The notes under the pieces are model-generated. The model made no database searches. It had not been told where the DNA came from and saw only the letters and a program-made list of their open reading frames with translations. 64,000 nucleotides of DNA from Actinomycetota bacterium (GTDB taxonomy: Bacteria; Actinomycetota; Acidimicrobiia; Acidimicrobiales; Ilumatobacteraceae): assembly GCA_026393575.1 (NCBI GenBank), contig JAPKZX010000073.1, forward strand, positions 4,793-68,792. The letters are read 5' to 3'. A program made the position numbers and the translations under genes. Positions 25,450 through 36,439 of this stretch are shown here, piece after piece (the first letter of the stretch is position 1; every line of letters starts with the position of its first letter).

Positions 25450-26514
25450 ATGTTCGCAACAACGAGCACCTCCATTGCATGGCTCATTCTCCTGGTCTCA
25501 GTGGCCGGTTGGATTGTGTATGCAATTTTTAACGTGCGTGGTTCACGTTCAGAGATTGGCGCCGAACAAAAACTGGCCGCCAACCGCAAGGAGTACTACG
25601 ACGACGAAGCACTTGAAGGACCACGTCTTGAACGAGTTCAAGTTTTAGGTCTTCTCTTCCTTGTCATCATCACAATTGCATTACCGTTGTATTGGGTAAT
25701 GGAACCGCATCGCCAAGCAGAAGCAACTTTTGGTTTTGAAAAGCGCTTCACCGATTGGGGCGCACAATTGTTCGCACCAACAGCAGACGGTGGTTACAAC
25801 TGTTCAGGCTGTCACGGTGGAATGAAAGCAACTGGTGGTGTTGCTGCTTATGCAGTGACCGACCCAAAGACTGGCGAAGTGAAGTCTGTTTCATGGAAAG
25901 CACCAGCACTGAACACAGTGATGTATCGCTATTCAGAAGAAGAAGTGCGTTTTATTCTTAATTACGGTCGTCCGTTCTCGCCAATGTCGGCGTGGGGAAC
26001 TATCGGCGGTGGGCCAATGAATGATCAGTCGATTACTACTTTGATTGATTATTTGAAGTCCATTCAGATTCCGCAGGAAAATTGCGTGGCAACTCGTGCC
26101 GCATACAACCCAACGTGTGACGACGGAGATCTTCCTGCTGCAAACAACAAAGAAGTCATTGCTGAAGCACAACGACAAGTTGACAGTGGCAAGTACGGCT
26201 CACTTGGAGAAGCGTTGTTTAATCTCGACCTTGGTTCCGGCGCTTATTCATGTGCGCGTTGCCATACAAAGGGATGGTCATACGACGATCCACAAGTGAC
26301 TGGTGGTGGCGCTCTTGGGCCAAACCTCACTGGTGGATCATCCATTCGTCAATTCCCGAACCAGGCAGACATGGTCGCTTTTATTCAAAGCGGTTCTGAA
26401 CTTGGTAAGCGATACGGCGAACAAGGCCAGGGCAGTGGGCGTATGCCCGCCTTTGGTCAGTTGTACACAGAAGATCAAATCAAATTGATCGTTGAATACG
26501 TGCGGAGCCTCTGA
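25450..26514 (+). CDS. membrane-anchored diheme c-type cytochrome
   Basis: Two heme motifs, CSGCH and CARCH, and two N-terminal TM helices. Confidence 0.85.
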   Translation: MFATTSTSIAWLILLVSVAGWIVYAIFNVRGSRSEIGAEQKLAANRKEYYDDEALEGPRLERVQVLGLLFLVIITIALPLYWVMEPHRQAEATFGFEKRFTDWGAQLFAPTADGGYNCSGCHGGMKATGGVAAYAVTDPKTGEVKSVSWKAPALNTVMYRYSEEEVRFILNYGRPFSPMSAWGTIGGGPMNDQSITTLIDYLKSIQIPQENCVATRAAYNPTCDDGDLPAANNKEVIAEAQRQVDSGKYGSLGEALFNLDLGSGAYSCARCHTKGWSYDDPQVTGGGALGPNLTGGSSIRQFPNQADMVAFIQSGSELGKRYGEQGQGSGRMPAFGQLYTEDQIKLIVEYVRSL

Positions 26515-27320
26515 TGTTGTCAGCGTTACTTTCAGTCGGTTGGGAACCCGAAATTCGGGGATGGATCATTGTCATCATCAGCGTGACAGTGCTCATGGGC
26601 TCTACGTATTTGTTGCTCGGTACCAATGTTGGTGCTCGTCTTGGTTTTCTCATCGCGCTTGCCGCACTTTCTGGCTGGATGATGTCGATGGCAATCATTT
26701 GGGCTGTGTACGGAATTGGTCTGAAGGGGCCAGACCCAACATGGCATCCGAGTGAACCCGTCACCATCGTGCGTGATGGTGCGTTACTAGACCGGGCTGA
26801 AGTTGTTGATGCGCCGATTGACATTGCTGGGCTCGACGCAACGAAAGCTGCGGATGTTGTTTCTAAGACATTGGTAGAAGATGGTTGGAAGATTCTTGAA
26901 GAGTCCGACCCTGCACGTGGACGTGCGATCGCTTCTGCTGATGAAATTGTTCAGGTTCAAGCCGAAGAATTTGCTGCCGGTGAATACGCCACCATCAACG
27001 TGTATGACAAAGGTGGCGAGCGGTATCCAAAAATCGGTAATTCCATCGACTTCATCGCATTCAAGCACAAGCCTCGTTACGCAATCGTTGAGATTGCGCC
27101 GTTGCTTGAACAGCGCGCCGAACCAGGTCGTGCACCAGCACGTGCACAGATCGACACTACGAAGCCTCACCGTTACGTCGTCATGATTCGTGACCTTGGT
27201 GCAAAGCGTCGCCCTGCATTCCTTATTGGCATCGGCTCTGGCCTTATTTTCTTCTTGTTGTGCTGGCTTCTCCATCGTCGTGAAGCACTGTTGCGCAAGA
27301 ACCTCGCACTGAAGGCATAG
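26514..27320 (+). CDS. hypothetical integral membrane protein (between the cytochrome c gene and nuoA)
   Basis: The start overlaps the upstream stop (TGATG). Three N-terminal TM helices and one C-terminal TM helix. The stop lies 4 nt before nuoA. Confidence 0.6.
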   Translation: MLSALLSVGWEPEIRGWIIVIISVTVLMGSTYLLLGTNVGARLGFLIALAALSGWMMSMAIIWAVYGIGLKGPDPTWHPSEPVTIVRDGALLDRAEVVDAPIDIAGLDATKAADVVSKTLVEDGWKILEESDPARGRAIASADEIVQVQAEEFAAGEYATINVYDKGGERYPKIGNSIDFIAFKHKPRYAIVEIAPLLEQRAEPGRAPARAQIDTTKPHRYVVMIRDLGAKRRPAFLIGIGSGLIFFLLCWLLHRREALLRKNLALKA

Positions 27321-27324
27321 CGCA

Positions 27325-27774
27325 ATGGGTCAGTACCTTCCCATTTTGGCGTTAACGGTGCTGGCGATTCTTTTCGCATTACTTAGCCTCATTGCTTCTC
27401 GGTTGTTGGCACCTAATCGTCCAAGTTCAGCTAAAGAAGCACCATACGAATGCGGCATTGTTCCAAGTCGTGAACCGCCTGAACGCTTTCCTGTCAGCTT
27501 CTATGTCATTGCAATGTTGTTCATCATGTTTGACATTGAAATCATTTTTGCTTACCCATACGCAGTAGACAGAGAGTTCCTCGGGTCTTTTGCGTTCTTC
27601 GAAATGCTTGCGTTTAGCGTTGTTTTCTTTGTTGCATTTGTGTACATGGTTGCACGCGGTGCTCTTGAGTGGGGCCCCATCATGCGGTCAGCAAAACTTG
27701 ATCCGCAATCAAGCACTGGTGTTCAGGCAAGCGGAACCGTGCGCGTTGTTGGTCGCGAAGGACGAGCAGCCTGA
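27325..27774 (+). CDS. nuoA: NADH-quinone oxidoreductase subunit A
   Basis: [11 protein letters not shown] and [15 protein letters not shown] motifs. Confidence 0.9.
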   Translation: MGQYLPILALTVLAILFALLSLIASRLLAPNRPSSAKEAPYECGIVPSREPPERFPVSFYVIAMLFIMFDIEIIFAYPYAVDREFLGSFAFFEMLAFSVVFFVAFVYMVARGALEWGPIMRSAKLDPQSSTGVQASGTVRVVGREGRAA

Positions 27775-28355
27775 TGGGATTAGTTCAGAATGTTCTTGAC
27801 GACGGACTTGGTGGCATTGAGCACAACTTTGTTACTGCCCGTATCGAAGATTTAGTCAAGTGGGCACGTTCACGTTCTAGCTGGGGCGCTTCATTCGGTC
27901 TTGCTTGTTGCGCCATCGAAATGATGGGAACTGGTGCATCGCATTACGACTTGTCTCGTTTCGGAATGGAAGTGTTCCGCGCATCTCCTCGTCAGGCAGA
28001 CATCATGATTGTTGCTGGCCGTGTTAGTCAGAAAATGGCTCCAGTGTTGCGCCAGGTATACGACCAGATGATGGAACCTAAGTGGGTCATCTCCATGGGT
28101 GTCTGTGCATCAAGTGGCGGAATGTTTAACAACTACGCAATTGTGCAAGGCGTCGATCAGATCGTGCCAGTAGATGTTTATGCGCCAGGATGCCCTCCAA
28201 CACCAGAGACATTGATACATGCCATTGAGACATTGCATCAATTGATTGAAGATGGCGAAATCATGCGTCGTCGTGAATCAAATAATGGTGGTGCAGGAAT
28301 TCAACTCACTGAGGGCGCAGTTACTGCTGCTCCTGTCACGCTTGGAACGAAGTAA
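27774..28355 (+). CDS. nuoB: NADH-quinone oxidoreductase subunit B
   Basis: [21 protein letters not shown] and APGCPP (N2 cluster ligands). Confidence 0.93.
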   Translation: MGLVQNVLDDGLGGIEHNFVTARIEDLVKWARSRSSWGASFGLACCAIEMMGTGASHYDLSRFGMEVFRASPRQADIMIVAGRVSQKMAPVLRQVYDQMMEPKWVISMGVCASSGGMFNNYAIVQGVDQIVPVDVYAPGCPPTPETLIHAIETLHQLIEDGEIMRRRESNNGGAGIQLTEGAVTAAPVTLGTK

Positions 28356-28357
28356 TC

Positions 28358-28861
28358 ATGAGTGACGTGGCTGAAACAGTGGACAATGCTGTAGAGACTC
28401 AACACGGTTGCCCCGTAGTCGATTCGCTTGGACAACGAGTTTTGCTTGCTACTCGCGAGAATTACATTTCAGTAGTCAAAGCCCTTGTTGATGAGGGATA
28501 CACCATGTGTATCGACCTCACTGGTGTTGACTATCTCAATTTGCCCAATCGCAAAGTTGGACACGGTGTCACACCGGAGCGTTTTGAAGTTGTGGCCAAT
28601 TTCCTGTCGCTCACATTGCGTCAACGCATTCGTGTACGCGTGCAGATTCCAGAGAACGATGCCACGTTGCCGTCGTTGTTTGACTTGCACCCTGGCACCG
28701 AGGCTCATGAACGTGAAACATTCGACATGTTCGGAATTTCTTTTGATGGTCATCCAGACATGACTCGCATCTTGATGCCAGAAGATTGGGATGGTCACCC
28801 ACTTCGTAAGGATTACGACCAAGGTTCTATTCCAGTCCAGTTCAAAGGGTCAAACTCATGA
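28358..28861 (+). CDS. nuoC: NADH-quinone oxidoreductase subunit C
   Basis: ERETFDMFGISFDGHPD...PEDWDGHPLRKDY. Confidence 0.9.
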   Translation: MSDVAETVDNAVETQHGCPVVDSLGQRVLLATRENYISVVKALVDEGYTMCIDLTGVDYLNLPNRKVGHGVTPERFEVVANFLSLTLRQRIRVRVQIPENDATLPSLFDLHPGTEAHERETFDMFGISFDGHPDMTRILMPEDWDGHPLRKDYDQGSIPVQFKGSNS

Positions 28862-30186
28862 CGATTGTCTCGGCCGGAACTAACGAGGGCGGACAAGAAC
28901 TCCTCTCACGAAGCGACCTCACTGCAAAAGAACTTTTGCGTGAAGTGGGCTCAGTGTTACGTCTCAGTGAGACTGAAGCAGCCGCATTGGCTTCAGTTGC
29001 AGACGAGGCGCCAGAAGATCAAACAATGATCATCAACATGGGGCCACAACACCCAAGTACTCACGGTGTATTGCGACTCATGTTGGAACTTCAGGGTGAA
29101 ACTGTTCTGCGATGCAAGCCAATCATCGGTTACCTGCACACGGGCATGGAGAAGACTGGCGAAGCACTCTCGTACATGCAGGGTGGCACCAACGTGACGC
29201 GCATGGATTACTTGTCGCCGTTGAATAACGAACTTGTTTTCTCCTTGGCCGTGGAAAAACTCCTTGGCATCGATGGCGATATTCCAGAACGCGCTACGTG
29301 GATGCGCATGCTGCTGAGCGAATTAAACCGTATGAGCAGCCACCTTTTGTTCCTAGCTACTAACGGCATGGACATCGGTGCAGTTTCCATGATGTTGTAC
29401 GGATGGCGTGAACGCGAAGATGTTCTTCGCTTCTTCCAAAAAGTCACCGGACTTCGCATGACCCACACCTTCATTCGCCCTGGTGGTTTGGCTGCTGACT
29501 TGCCTGCCGGCTGGCGTGACGATGTTTTGGAAATTCTCGAGAACTTGCCATCGCGGCTTGAGGAATACGACATCTTGATGTCTGGTCAGCCAATTTGGCG
29601 AGAGCGTCTGCAAGGTGTTGGCGTTATCACCGCGCAAGAAGCAATTGCACTCGGAGTCACCGGACCAATTCTTCGTTCGACCGGAGTTCCATGGGACCTT
29701 CGCCGCGACATGCCATACCTTCACTATGACCAACTCGAATTCGATGTTGTTGTAGGCGAGTACGGCGATGCATACGACCGCTATTCGATTCGTTTCAATG
29801 AGATCCGTGAGTCAATGCGCATCGTGTATCAAATTCTCGATCGCATGCCATCGGGCGACTATCGAATCCAGGACAAAAAAGTTACGCCACCACCGCGTGC
29901 ACGCATTGACGAGTCAATGGAAGCACTTATTCACCACTTCAAAATCTTTACTGAAGGTTTCAAAGTTCCAGAAGGCGAAGTGTACGTCAGTATCGAAAGC
30001 CCACGCGGAGAAATTGGTTGCTACATCGTGAGCGATGGTTCTTCTCATCCGTATCGCATGCATGTACGCGCACCATCATTTGTCAATATTCAAGCTATGC
30101 CTCACATGATGCGTGGTGGACTCGTCGCGGACGCAGTGGCTGTTATTTCGTCTGTTGACCCTGTTCTAGGAGAGGTTGATCGCTGA
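28858..30186 (+). CDS. nuoD: NADH-quinone oxidoreductase subunit D
   Basis: NMGPQHPSTHGVLRL and C-terminal SVDPVLGEVDR. Confidence 0.93.
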   Translation: MTIVSAGTNEGGQELLSRSDLTAKELLREVGSVLRLSETEAAALASVADEAPEDQTMIINMGPQHPSTHGVLRLMLELQGETVLRCKPIIGYLHTGMEKTGEALSYMQGGTNVTRMDYLSPLNNELVFSLAVEKLLGIDGDIPERATWMRMLLSELNRMSSHLLFLATNGMDIGAVSMMLYGWREREDVLRFFQKVTGLRMTHTFIRPGGLAADLPAGWRDDVLEILENLPSRLEEYDILMSGQPIWRERLQGVGVITAQEAIALGVTGPILRSTGVPWDLRRDMPYLHYDQLEFDVVVGEYGDAYDRYSIRFNEIRESMRIVYQILDRMPSGDYRIQDKKVTPPPRARIDESMEALIHHFKIFTEGFKVPEGEVYVSIESPRGEIGCYIVSDGSSHPYRMHVRAPSFVNIQAMPHMMRGGLVADAVAVISSVDPVLGEVDR

Positions 30187-30800
30187 TGGCTCGTCTTTCT
30201 GAAGACAACATTCGTCTTGCACGTGAAATTATTGGTCGGTATCCAAAGCCGCGCTCAGCAACAATTCCGTTGTTGCATCTTGCGCAAGAGCAAGATGGGT
30301 TTGTTACGAACGAGGCGATGTCGCACATCGGTGAGCTTGTTGGTGCCACATCGGCCGAAGTGTATGGAACTGCATCCTTCTACGAGATGTTCAAGTTTGA
30401 GCCAGTCGGTAAGTTCCTCATCAATATTTGCGGAACAATGTCGTGTGCACTCCTCGGAGCTGAAGAACTCATGCATCATGCTGAAGGGCGACTTGGTATC
30501 AAGATGGGTTCCACCACAGCAGATGGCAAGATCACACTTGAGCGAGCCGAATGCCAAGCAGCATGCACCGAAGCCCCGTGCTTACAAGTCAACTACCGCT
30601 ACCGCTATCGCGTCACACCACAAGATCTTGATGCGCTCATCGACGATTTGTCTTCCGGCGCTCTCGACGCTGAAATTCCTGCGCACGGCACAGTTGCAAC
30701 AGTTCGGCAATCAATTCCTGCTGATCGCGGCGTAGGCGCAGTCGACCCTGACGATGTCACTGAAGGCCCGGCCTGGCTTGACGGAAAGGCTGCACTATGA
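30186..30800 (+). CDS. nuoE: NADH-quinone oxidoreductase subunit E
   Basis: 2Fe-2S ligands in ICGTMSCALLG...CQAACTEAP. Confidence 0.9.
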   Translation: MARLSEDNIRLAREIIGRYPKPRSATIPLLHLAQEQDGFVTNEAMSHIGELVGATSAEVYGTASFYEMFKFEPVGKFLINICGTMSCALLGAEELMHHAEGRLGIKMGSTTADGKITLERAECQAACTEAPCLQVNYRYRYRVTPQDLDALIDDLSSGALDAEIPAHGTVATVRQSIPADRGVGAVDPDDVTEGPAWLDGKAAL

Positions 30801-32194
30801 GCGGCGGTACTTGGAAGCACGCACCTGGTTTTTACGAAGGCGATCGTCCACGCATTGTGACTTCGCGATTCGAATACGAAGATTCATTCACGCTTGAGCG
30901 TTACTTAGCAACAGATGGTTACAAGGGCTTGCGCACTGCGCTTGGTCGCCCAGCTACAGATGTTCACGATGAAGTGAAGAATGCAACAGTTTTAGGTCGC
31001 GGTGGCGCAGGTTTCCCTGCAGGTAACAAGTGGGGTCTTACTCCTCAAGGCGTATGGCCTCGGTACTTGGTTGTCAACGGTGACGAAAGTGAACCAGGCA
31101 CATACAAGGACCGCTTGCTCATGGAGCGTGATCCACATCAATTGATCGAAGGTTGCCTCATTGCTTCGTATGCCGCTGGCTTGTCGCAGTGCTTCCTCTA
31201 TATACGTGGTGAAATGGCGCTTGCTCAAGAACGTGTTGCTGCTGCACTAAACGAGGCATATGCCGCGGGTTATGTGGGCAAGAACATTCTTGGTTCTAAG
31301 TTTTCATTAGACATCGTTCTTCACTGGGGTGCTGGCGCATACGTTGTCGGAGAAGAAACCGCACTCATTGAATCACTTGAAGGCAATCGTGGAATGCCAC
31401 GTTTGAAGCCTCCGTATTTCCCGGCGGCAATCGGTTTGTATGGTCAACCAACAATCGTGAACAACGTCGAGACTTTGGCTAACTTGCCATGGCTCTTGCA
31501 AAATGGTGCTCCGGCATACACAGCAATTGGTACGGCAACATCACCTGGCACTCGCATGGTGGCAGTCTCAGGACACGTGAATCGTCCTGGTGTTTTCGAA
31601 ATCATCAATGGCACCACGACATTTCGTGACCTTCTCTATGGCGATGAGTTCTGTCAGGGAATTCGTAATGGCAATGACCTTAAGGCGTTTGTCCCAGGTG
31701 GTGGTTCTGCGCCATGGTTTACACCAGATCAGTTAGATCTTCCATTCGAAGCAAGCCAAGTGGGGCCAGCAGGTTCCATGTTGGGTTCAGGCGCAATTAT
31801 GGTGATGGACAGCACAACAGACATCCCTCGTGCTGCACTCACACTCACTCGTTTTTACGCACATGAATCATGCGGCAAGTGCACACCATGTCGCGAAGGC
31901 GGAACATGGCTTGAACGCATTTTGTCTCGTGTTGTAGATGGCAAGGGAACAGACGCCGACCTTGATCAACTGTTCGAAGTAGGAGAGTCCATCTGTCCAG
32001 GGGCCTTCCCACATGCATCCAATGAAAAACTTGGTCTTGCAGCAGTGCCATTTCCTTATCGCATGAACACAATTTGTTTTGTCGGTCCGTCTGCGTATGC
32101 ACCAGTGCACTCAGCGCTCACGTTGTTCCGTAGCGAATTTGAAGCACGCATAACGAAGCGCAAACTCATTTCAGTAACGGCGGTCGGGCAATGA
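30797..32194 (+). CDS. nuoF: NADH-quinone oxidoreductase subunit F
   Basis: GRGGAGFPAGNKW, GEETALIESLEG and ESCGKCTPCREG. Confidence 0.93.
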   Translation: MSGGTWKHAPGFYEGDRPRIVTSRFEYEDSFTLERYLATDGYKGLRTALGRPATDVHDEVKNATVLGRGGAGFPAGNKWGLTPQGVWPRYLVVNGDESEPGTYKDRLLMERDPHQLIEGCLIASYAAGLSQCFLYIRGEMALAQERVAAALNEAYAAGYVGKNILGSKFSLDIVLHWGAGAYVVGEETALIESLEGNRGMPRLKPPYFPAAIGLYGQPTIVNNVETLANLPWLLQNGAPAYTAIGTATSPGTRMVAVSGHVNRPGVFEIINGTTTFRDLLYGDEFCQGIRNGNDLKAFVPGGGSAPWFTPDQLDLPFEASQVGPAGSMLGSGAIMVMDSTTDIPRAALTLTRFYAHESCGKCTPCREGGTWLERILSRVVDGKGTDADLDQLFEVGESICPGAFPHASNEKLGLAAVPFPYRMNTICFVGPSAYAPVHSALTLFRSEFEARITKRKLISVTAVGQ

Positions 32195-34560
32195 CAACTA
32201 TCGATACGAATACAACCGACGCTGAGAACACGCCACCGGTAGATCCCAACGCAGTGTCCATCACAATCAATGGACGTACAGTTGCCGCGCGAAAGGGCGA
32301 ACTGATCATTGCTGCTGCAGATCGCGCAGACGAGTACATTCCTCGTTTCTGTTACCACCCACGCATGAGTTCAGTGGGAATGTGTCGTCAATGTCTCGTT
32401 GAGGTCGAAGGGCCACGCGGTCCGATGATGGTTGTTAGCTGCATGACGCCAGTCGCTGACGGGCAAATTGTGCGCACCGATACGCCACAAGTGAAGCGCG
32501 CTCATGAAGGAATGATTGAACTTCTTCTTGCGAATCATCCATTGGATTGCCCAGTGTGTGACAAGGGCGGCGAATGCCCATTGCAAGACCAAGCATTTAG
32601 TCATGGTGCTGGCGAGAGTCGCTTTGTCGAAGAAAAGCGCCATTACGAAAAGCCCATCCCAATTAGTGATCTGGTGTTGCTCGACCGTGAGCGTTGCATC
32701 TTGTGCGACCGTTGCACACGTTTTGCAGACGAAGTTGCCGGTGACCCTCTCATTATTTTCACGCAACGCGGTAATAACACGCAGGTCATGACATTCCCAG
32801 ATGAACCGTTCGCATCGTATTTCTCCGGCAACACGGTTCAGATTTGTCCGGTGGGCGCATTGACCGCCACGCCTTATCGCTTCAAAGCTCGCCCATGGGA
32901 CTTAGAGCAACGCGAAAGCACTTGCACATCTTGTTCAGTGGGTTGTCGCACCGTTGTGCAATCAAGTCGTGATGAATTGTTGCGTTTCCAAGGAGTAGAT
33001 AGCGACCCAGTGAACTGGGGCTGGCTATGTGACCGCGGTCGATTCAATTTCCAATCCACTAACTCTGAAGATCGTCTTGTCACACCACAAGTGAAGTCTG
33101 GTGATTCATTTACTACGGTCACATGGTCTGAAGCGTTAGACACTGTTGCGCGAACTGTTCGTCATGCTCGCCCAGGGTCAGTAGCCCTGATAGGTGGAGC
33201 ACGTGGAACCAACGAAGATGCGTTCATGTGGGCAAAGGTTGCTGACGCACTTGGTGTCACTATGCGCGATGCTCAATTAGACGACGGATTGCCTGCTTCT
33301 ATCTATTCATACGCACAAGCAACAATTGACTCAACATGTGCAGGTGGCACCGTCATTGTTGTCGCGCCAGACCTTAAGGAAGAACTTCCAGTTCTTTTCC
33401 TTCGCCTTCGTGATGCCGCAGAGAAAAAGCGTGTGCGCATTATTGAAGTGTCCTCACACCAAACCGGCTTAACGAAGTATGCATGGCGTTCCGTGCAGGC
33501 TGAGCCAGGAACATCTGCCGCTGCCCTTGCTGCGTTACTCAGCGAAAGTGCTGTTGCAACTCAAATTCAGAGTGGAGCAGTCACCATTGTGGCGGGACGC
33601 GGAAACCTTGCAGAGTCGGCCAATCATGTCATGGCTGCTGTTGATGCAGTTATTGGTGCGGTGCCAAGTGCAACTGTGCTTCCCGCACTTCGTCGCGGCA
33701 ACGTTCGTGGTGCTTTGTCGGTAGGCCTTGCCCCGTCAGATGGCAATGACACTGCAGCAATCTTGGAAGCAGCAGCAAACGGAAAAGTTGATTGCCTCAT
33801 TCTTCTTGGCGCCGACCCATTAAGTGACGTTGCCGATGCCGACCTTGCGCGCCGTGGAATTGCCGGTGCCAAGTTTGTTGTTGCAGTGGACACTTTCTTG
33901 TCTCCAAGCGCTGCGCACGCCGACATTGTGTTGCCTGCCGCTGCGTATGGTGAAAAAGACGGAACCACAATGAACCTTGAAGGTCGCGTGACAAACGTTG
34001 TGCAGAAAATCACCCCACGTGGTACATCTCGTGCCGACTGGATGATTGCTGCTGAACTACTCAGTGTGTTGGGTCATGATTCTTCGGTCTCAACGTTGGC
34101 TGATGTGCAGCGCGACATGGCCAAGGCGATTCCTGGTTTTGGTGCCACAACTACTGCAGTTGCAGTAAAGCGTGATGGAGTAGTGGTGTCTGTACCAGTT
34201 GCTGCGCATTCCAATGTGGTTACTAGTGCACCACCACGCAACTCGTACGAGTTCCGCCTCAACGTGAGCCGCAAGTTGTACGACCGAGCAATTAGTACTC
34301 TCACTAGCCCTGCTCTAGAGAATCTCGCTCCAGGTGCGCAAGTGTTGGTGAACCCACTTGATCTCGATCGTGTTGGCGCTCCAGAAGGCGGAAACGTTCG
34401 TGTTTCTAACAACAACAGTTCGTTGGTTCTGCCAGTGCATTCGTCGCCTTCGGTTCCACGCGGAGTTGCACTTGTTCCTTTCAACCAACCAGGTGCAGAC
34501 ATTCGTGAACTGATTCGTCGATCAGATTCAGTCGTAGACGTTCGGATTGAGTCAATATGA
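32191..34560 (+). CDS. nuoG: NADH-quinone oxidoreductase subunit G
   Basis: CYHPRMSSVGMCRQCLVEV, HPLDCPVCDKGGECPLQD and CILCDRCTRF, plus a molybdopterin-like C-terminal domain. Confidence 0.93.
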   Translation: MTTIDTNTTDAENTPPVDPNAVSITINGRTVAARKGELIIAAADRADEYIPRFCYHPRMSSVGMCRQCLVEVEGPRGPMMVVSCMTPVADGQIVRTDTPQVKRAHEGMIELLLANHPLDCPVCDKGGECPLQDQAFSHGAGESRFVEEKRHYEKPIPISDLVLLDRERCILCDRCTRFADEVAGDPLIIFTQRGNNTQVMTFPDEPFASYFSGNTVQICPVGALTATPYRFKARPWDLEQRESTCTSCSVGCRTVVQSSRDELLRFQGVDSDPVNWGWLCDRGRFNFQSTNSEDRLVTPQVKSGDSFTTVTWSEALDTVARTVRHARPGSVALIGGARGTNEDAFMWAKVADALGVTMRDAQLDDGLPASIYSYAQATIDSTCAGGTVIVVAPDLKEELPVLFLRLRDAAEKKRVRIIEVSSHQTGLTKYAWRSVQAEPGTSAAALAALLSESAVATQIQSGAVTIVAGRGNLAESANHVMAAVDAVIGAVPSATVLPALRRGNVRGALSVGLAPSDGNDTAAILEAAANGKVDCLILLGADPLSDVADADLARRGIAGAKFVVAVDTFLSPSAAHADIVLPAAAYGEKDGTTMNLEGRVTNVVQKITPRGTSRADWMIAAELLSVLGHDSSVSTLADVQRDMAKAIPGFGATTTAVAVKRDGVVVSVPVAAHSNVVTSAPPRNSYEFRLNVSRKLYDRAISTLTSPALENLAPGAQVLVNPLDLDRVGAPEGGNVRVSNNNSSLVLPVHSSPSVPRGVALVPFNQPGADIRELIRRSDSVVDVRIESI

Positions 34561-35786
34561 TTTCTGCACTTCTTTCAGTTGACCCGTTGCTTGACGGCAA
34601 ATTGCTATGGACACCGTTGATCATTGTTCTGGTCAAGGTTCTCATTGTCTTTGTGGTGGGCCTTGTCGCCACCATGCTCATGGTGTGGTTCGAGCGAAAA
34701 GTCATTGCGGGTATGCAAAACCGTGTGGGGCCAAACAAAGCAGGTCCATGGGGTCTATTGCAAACTCTGGCCGACGGCATCAAGTTGTTCTTTAAAGAAG
34801 ATCTCTTGCCCGAGCGCTCAGACAAGTTTGTTTTCAAACTTGCTCCGTACCTCACCTTGGTACCTGCATTCTTGGCGTTTGCAATTATTCCATTGGGCGG
34901 TGACTTCCGTGACGGCAAGGGTGGCATGGTCACCATGTTTGGTCATCAAACACGATTGCAGTTAGCAGACCCACCAATCGGTGTGTTGTTTGCCTTAGCA
35001 ATCTCTTCCATCGCCGTGTACGGCATCATGCTCGCTGGCTGGTCAAGTGGTTCGAAGTATCCATTGCTCGGTTCTGTGCGTGCATCTGCACAGATGGTGT
35101 CGTATGAAGCTGCTCTCGGTCTCTCACTTGGTGCGGTTCTCTTGGTTTCTGGCACGTTGTCTACTGCTGGCATTGTGAACCTACAAACCTCCGTTGGTCG
35201 TTGGAACATTGTCGCCACCGGGTTCGTGCCGTTCTTTATCTTCCTCATCGCGGCTACTGCTGAAATGAACCGCCCTCCGTTCGACCTCGTTGAAGCAGAA
35301 CAAGAACTCGTAGGTGGTTTCAACACCGAGTATTCGTCAATTCGTTTTGCACTCTTTTTCCTTGCAGAGTTCATGAACACAATCACTATGTCGGCGTTGA
35401 TTGTCACATTGTTCTTCGGCGGGCCTCAACCAATCACAATCGGCAATACCACTCTTGACATTCCAGTACTTCCGAACGCCTTGGAAGGAACCGTCTGGTT
35501 GTTGTTGAAGGTTCTTGTGTTCCTCTACATCTACGTTTGGTTCCGCGCTACATTGCCGCGTTTCCGTTACGACCAACTCATGGACCTCGGTTGGAAAGTG
35601 TTGATTCCTGCATCACTTGGTTGGTTTATGTTGCTTGCAGCTCAGCGAGTAGGTCGCGATGCCGGCTGGGATCAAATAGTGGTCACATTGGTATCGGCTT
35701 TGGTTCTGATTGGTGGCTACGCATTGCTGCAACTTGCCCAAAAGGTGAGTCGCAGCAATCGTGAGAAGGACGGAGCGAGTTTCTAA
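34557..35786 (+). CDS. nuoH: NADH-quinone oxidoreductase subunit H
   Basis: [15 protein letters not shown] and [26 protein letters not shown]. Confidence 0.93.
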   Translation: MISALLSVDPLLDGKLLWTPLIIVLVKVLIVFVVGLVATMLMVWFERKVIAGMQNRVGPNKAGPWGLLQTLADGIKLFFKEDLLPERSDKFVFKLAPYLTLVPAFLAFAIIPLGGDFRDGKGGMVTMFGHQTRLQLADPPIGVLFALAISSIAVYGIMLAGWSSGSKYPLLGSVRASAQMVSYEAALGLSLGAVLLVSGTLSTAGIVNLQTSVGRWNIVATGFVPFFIFLIAATAEMNRPPFDLVEAEQELVGGFNTEYSSIRFALFFLAEFMNTITMSALIVTLFFGGPQPITIGNTTLDIPVLPNALEGTVWLLLKVLVFLYIYVWFRATLPRFRYDQLMDLGWKVLIPASLGWFMLLAAQRVGRDAGWDQIVVTLVSALVLIGGYALLQLAQKVSRSNREKDGASF

Positions 35787-36439
35787 TGGGTTACTTCGGT
35801 GGATTCCTTGTCACCATGCGTCAGCATGGTGCACGCAACAAAGTGACGACTGAGTATTCGGGCGGTCGCGTTTTCCGTCGCAAGAATCGCGATGAGCACG
35901 ACGAGAAAATTGAAAAGCCCGAGCGCATGCACGGTCGCCACGTGCTCAATCGTTATGAAGACGGTATGGAAAAGTGCATCGGCTGTGAGTTGTGTGCTGG
36001 TGTTTGTCCTGCCAAGTGCATCTATGTACGCGGGGCCGATAATGACCCTGACAATCCAACCTCTCCCGGCGAGCGTTTTGGTTTTGTGTACGAAATCAAT
36101 TACTTGCGTTGCATCCATTGCGATATGTGCGTCGAGGCTTGCCCTACCGAAGCAATTACTGAGACAAAATTATTTGAGTTCTCATTTACGAATCGCAAAG
36201 ACGCCATCTATACAAAGGATGAATTACTCGTCGATACCACGGGTCAGCCACAACATCTTCCATGGGAAGACTGGCGTCCAGGTGAAGATCAGCACACATC
36301 TGGTTGGATGAGGGCAACAGCTCCATCAGGCGATGCTTCATTTGAAGGTGTTGTTGCGTGGAGCGGAGAACTTGGCCACGGGGTGCGTGCGCCAGAACCA
36401 CCACAGAGTGACCGCGATGAATCAGAGGCGGATCACTAA
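35786..36439 (+). CDS. nuoI: NADH-quinone oxidoreductase subunit I
   Basis: [12 protein letters not shown] and [12 protein letters not shown]. Confidence 0.92.
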   Translation: MGYFGGFLVTMRQHGARNKVTTEYSGGRVFRRKNRDEHDEKIEKPERMHGRHVLNRYEDGMEKCIGCELCAGVCPAKCIYVRGADNDPDNPTSPGERFGFVYEINYLRCIHCDMCVEACPTEAITETKLFEFSFTNRKDAIYTKDELLVDTTGQPQHLPWEDWRPGEDQHTSGWMRATAPSGDASFEGVVAWSGELGHGVRAPEPPQSDRDESEADH

